Below are positions 61,866-64,000 of a stretch of 64,000 nucleotides of DNA, piece by piece. The stretch is taken from IMG/VR virus record IMGVR_UViG_3300042453_004886, positions 32,001 to 96,000 of that record; one strand, given 5' to 3'. The notes under the pieces are model-generated. The model had not been told where the DNA came from, did no database searches, and saw only the letters and a program-made list of their open reading frames with translations. This DNA comes from a virus. How positions within the stretch are numbered: position 1 is the first letter of the stretch; each line of letters begins with the position of its first letter. The position numbers were made by a program, and so were the translations under genes.

Positions 61866-64000
61866 ATGGATCGGTTTTCAAATCCAAGAGACTTTAGATA
61901 TAAAGAAGAAATAGAAACAACTTTAGTAAATCTTTTTAATGCTGTCCTTGATGAATACGCTGAGGCAGATGTCTTCTCTGAGGATACGGCTGAAGCTGTA
62001 GACTCGTCTACAAAATTAAAATTAGAAGCTATCCAAGTTATAAAAGACTTTCTCCAGGACAAATATACTGGAAACATCTTTAATGATGTCATGACCCTTA
62101 CTCAAGAGGGTAACTTAAAATTTATTGCAGAAGAACTTATAAATCTGTATGGGGATCCTCAAAACCTCAGCGTACTTTTAGATGATTTTTCTAAAGATGG
62201 TATAAAAGGCACTCACGCTGGCGTAATCAAACATTTATCAAAGTTTTCGCAAGATTTCGTAAAAGCCAGCTTTTTTAGCAGATTCAACGATCAGCAGGAC
62301 TTAAAAGATGACGGCACGTTTGACTACAGGCTTGGTAGGTCTTTTTTAACAAGCAAATACTCAAAACTGAGCCGGGTAAACAGATTAGGAGCACCAGAGC
62401 TCGGGCTAGATGCCAGAGGCATGGTGGACTTTTACAGAAACCTTGTAAAAGACTCTTACAGCCCAGGGCTTGTTTCAGGTTACAACATTGGTCGAGCAAT
62501 GCTTGGATCTATTGTTGGAGCCAAAGAATCCGTACAAATCGGTATGTTCCAGATGGAACACGGGATTCTTCTTGACGCTTTGAGACTTCAACAAGAGCTC
62601 GGTACAAAAGTTAATCTCATGCTCAGCCCACCTCAAAAAAGAGATGGGGCACCCCAAGAAGTCGGATTCTTCAACGTCATTGCCCGAAACTTACTGGGTG
62701 GAACTTCTGTAGAATTTGACAAACAAGTTATGGAGGGCGTAGCAAAAGCCGGTTACGCACACTACAAATTCTTAGGCGTAGACCTTGAGTCCTCCTTGGA
62801 AAACAGAAAAGTCATGATTGGTTCATTCAACATGACCCGAGGCGCTCTGGGCCAGATCATTGACCAGTCTAGAAATTTAGTCAGTAAACACCCGCACAAC
62901 TTTGAGCTTGGGTTCTTGATTGACTACGGGTTGGTTAAAAACCACGGACTTAGAAAGTCTGCATTTGAACGTATAACCAAAGAAGCAAAAGATTACGCTG
63001 GTTGGTTGTTTAATAGAGGAAATGACAGACTAAAACCACTTGGTTACAATCCAGAGCATATTCTATCCGGTCCTCAAACTTATGAAAAAATAAGGCAGGC
63101 GCTAGGATTTGGAGATGGGGTAAACCCTGAAAACTTGACTAAAAAAGTCAATGCTTTCTTTGCTCTGAACGTTATTACAGACCGAGGAATGGGCGTTGAT
63201 AGCGAGGGAAGACCTACAGGTAGATCTATATCTGGAAATAATCCACAGGAAGGTTTTTACCACACACTAGAGCAAAAACTAAGAGCTAGCACAGAATCTA
63301 AAATTACAATCCTTATATCTAGCAACTTTAAAGGAATAAGAAATCAAAACATTGGTGGAAGTCAAGACGCCTTCGAGTCTGGTGCATTTAAAGCACTACA
63401 AGATTTGAAAAGACAGTATCAAGACAGACTAGAAATAATTGAAACTCACGAACACATCCACGCTAAGACAGCTTTGATCTACGGAGAAAGCGGTGAGCTA
63501 GACATTATCAGCGGAAGCGCAAACGTGTCTGGACAAGGTTTTGGTGGTGAATCACAAGACGTAGGCCTATACTTGTCTTCAAAACATTTTGTAAAAGCTT
63601 CCAAGTATTTAGAAAAGCAAGCAGAAAACGTACTTGGTTACTTACAGACCTTGGCCGTAAGACCTGTACTCAGAAAATCACTGGTAAGAGAAAGCAACGC
63701 AATATCAGAAACACTGATGCGTGAGCTCAAGCTTCGTCTGAGCCCAGAACTGATGAAACGAGTTACTTTTACAGCAATTCAGCACATGGGTAGTGATGGA
63801 GAAATTTACCAAAAAGGTACACGAGTAAGTATATCTTTAAACATCAAGGGAGTCAGGGGTAAAGGAAGGTTTTACGTTGCAAACGCTCTCTCATTTGACG
63901 TATTTGAATACCTTGGAGAGCCAACAAGACTGTATATTCCGCAGCTGTACAAGATCATAGACCCAGTTCTGGGTATGCACCCAGAACAGCGCGTGAATAT
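61866..64000 (+). CDS. phospholipase D superfamily protein with two HxK motifs, 3'-truncated (at least 711 aa)
   Basis: GAGG before ATG 61866; no stop to the window end; HYKFLGVD...GSFNMT...NFELG (His codon 62760) and HAKTALIY...GSANVS (His codon 63459). Confidence 0.85.
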   Translation, partial: MDRFSNPRDFRYKEEIETTLVNLFNAVLDEYAEADVFSEDTAEAVDSSTKLKLEAIQVIKDFLQDKYTGNIFNDVMTLTQEGNLKFIAEELINLYGDPQNLSVLLDDFSKDGIKGTHAGVIKHLSKFSQDFVKASFFSRFNDQQDLKDDGTFDYRLGRSFLTSKYSKLSRVNRLGAPELGLDARGMVDFYRNLVKDSYSPGLVSGYNIGRAMLGSIVGAKESVQIGMFQMEHGILLDALRLQQELGTKVNLMLSPPQKRDGAPQEVGFFNVIARNLLGGTSVEFDKQVMEGVAKAGYAHYKFLGVDLESSLENRKVMIGSFNMTRGALGQIIDQSRNLVSKHPHNFELGFLIDYGLVKNHGLRKSAFERITKEAKDYAGWLFNRGNDRLKPLGYNPEHILSGPQTYEKIRQALGFGDGVNPENLTKKVNAFFALNVITDRGMGVDSEGRPTGRSISGNNPQEGFYHTLEQKLRASTESKITILISSNFKGIRNQNIGGSQDAFESGAFKALQDLKRQYQDRLEIIETHEHIHAKTALIYGESGELDIISGSANVSGQGFGGESQDVGLYLSSKHFVKASKYLEKQAENVLGYLQTLAVRPVLRKSLVRESNAISETLMRELKLRLSPELMKRVTFTAIQHMGSDGEIYQKGTRVSISLNIKGVRGKGRFYVANALSFDVFEYLGEPTRLYIPQLYKIIDPVLGMHPEQRVN

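Noticed and set aside
1-64000. Stop-codon reassignment, tRNA genes, CRISPR array
   Set aside because: Genes tile densely in the standard code and end in all three stops; intergenic gaps are short and show no cloverleaf or regular repeat-spacer pattern.
1-64000. Extracellular contractile injection system or tailocin rather than phage
   Set aside because: Portal, terminase, protease and major capsid genes are all present and intact.

Overview
A 64-kb segment of a large tailed phage with a contractile tail (myovirus morphotype), standard genetic code. 1-3759 (+): small genes plus nucleotide/phosphate genes (MazG-like, NadR/AAA_28-like, PhoH), closed by a bidirectional terminator. 3810-61711 (-): a ~58-kb virion block. 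In transcription order: tail assembly chaperone, DUF935-like portal, fibre/accessory genes, holin-like genes, Mu-I-like protease/scaffold, capsid protein E-type MCP, decoration, neck, sheath, tube, hub, spike genes, gp25-like, baseplate J, DUF4815-like, a 3208-aa giant, two paralogous ~1120-aa zinc-peptidase giants, terminase, fibre cassette, amidase endolysin. 61866 to the window end (+): an ORF missing from the track, with two phospholipase D HxK motifs. Best second-look items: a -1 frameshift (A AAA AAG) giving a G/GT chaperone pair from a tandem-duplicated chaperone that is not followed by a tape measure gene but sits head-to-head with the PLD gene; a multi-enzyme tail set mixing intact and apparently dead hydrolase domains; a possibly split gp5 spike; two nested scaffold starts. 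No tRNA, CRISPR array, integrase, transposase, intron or intein was seen. Family calls rest on motifs recognised by eye; no search was run.
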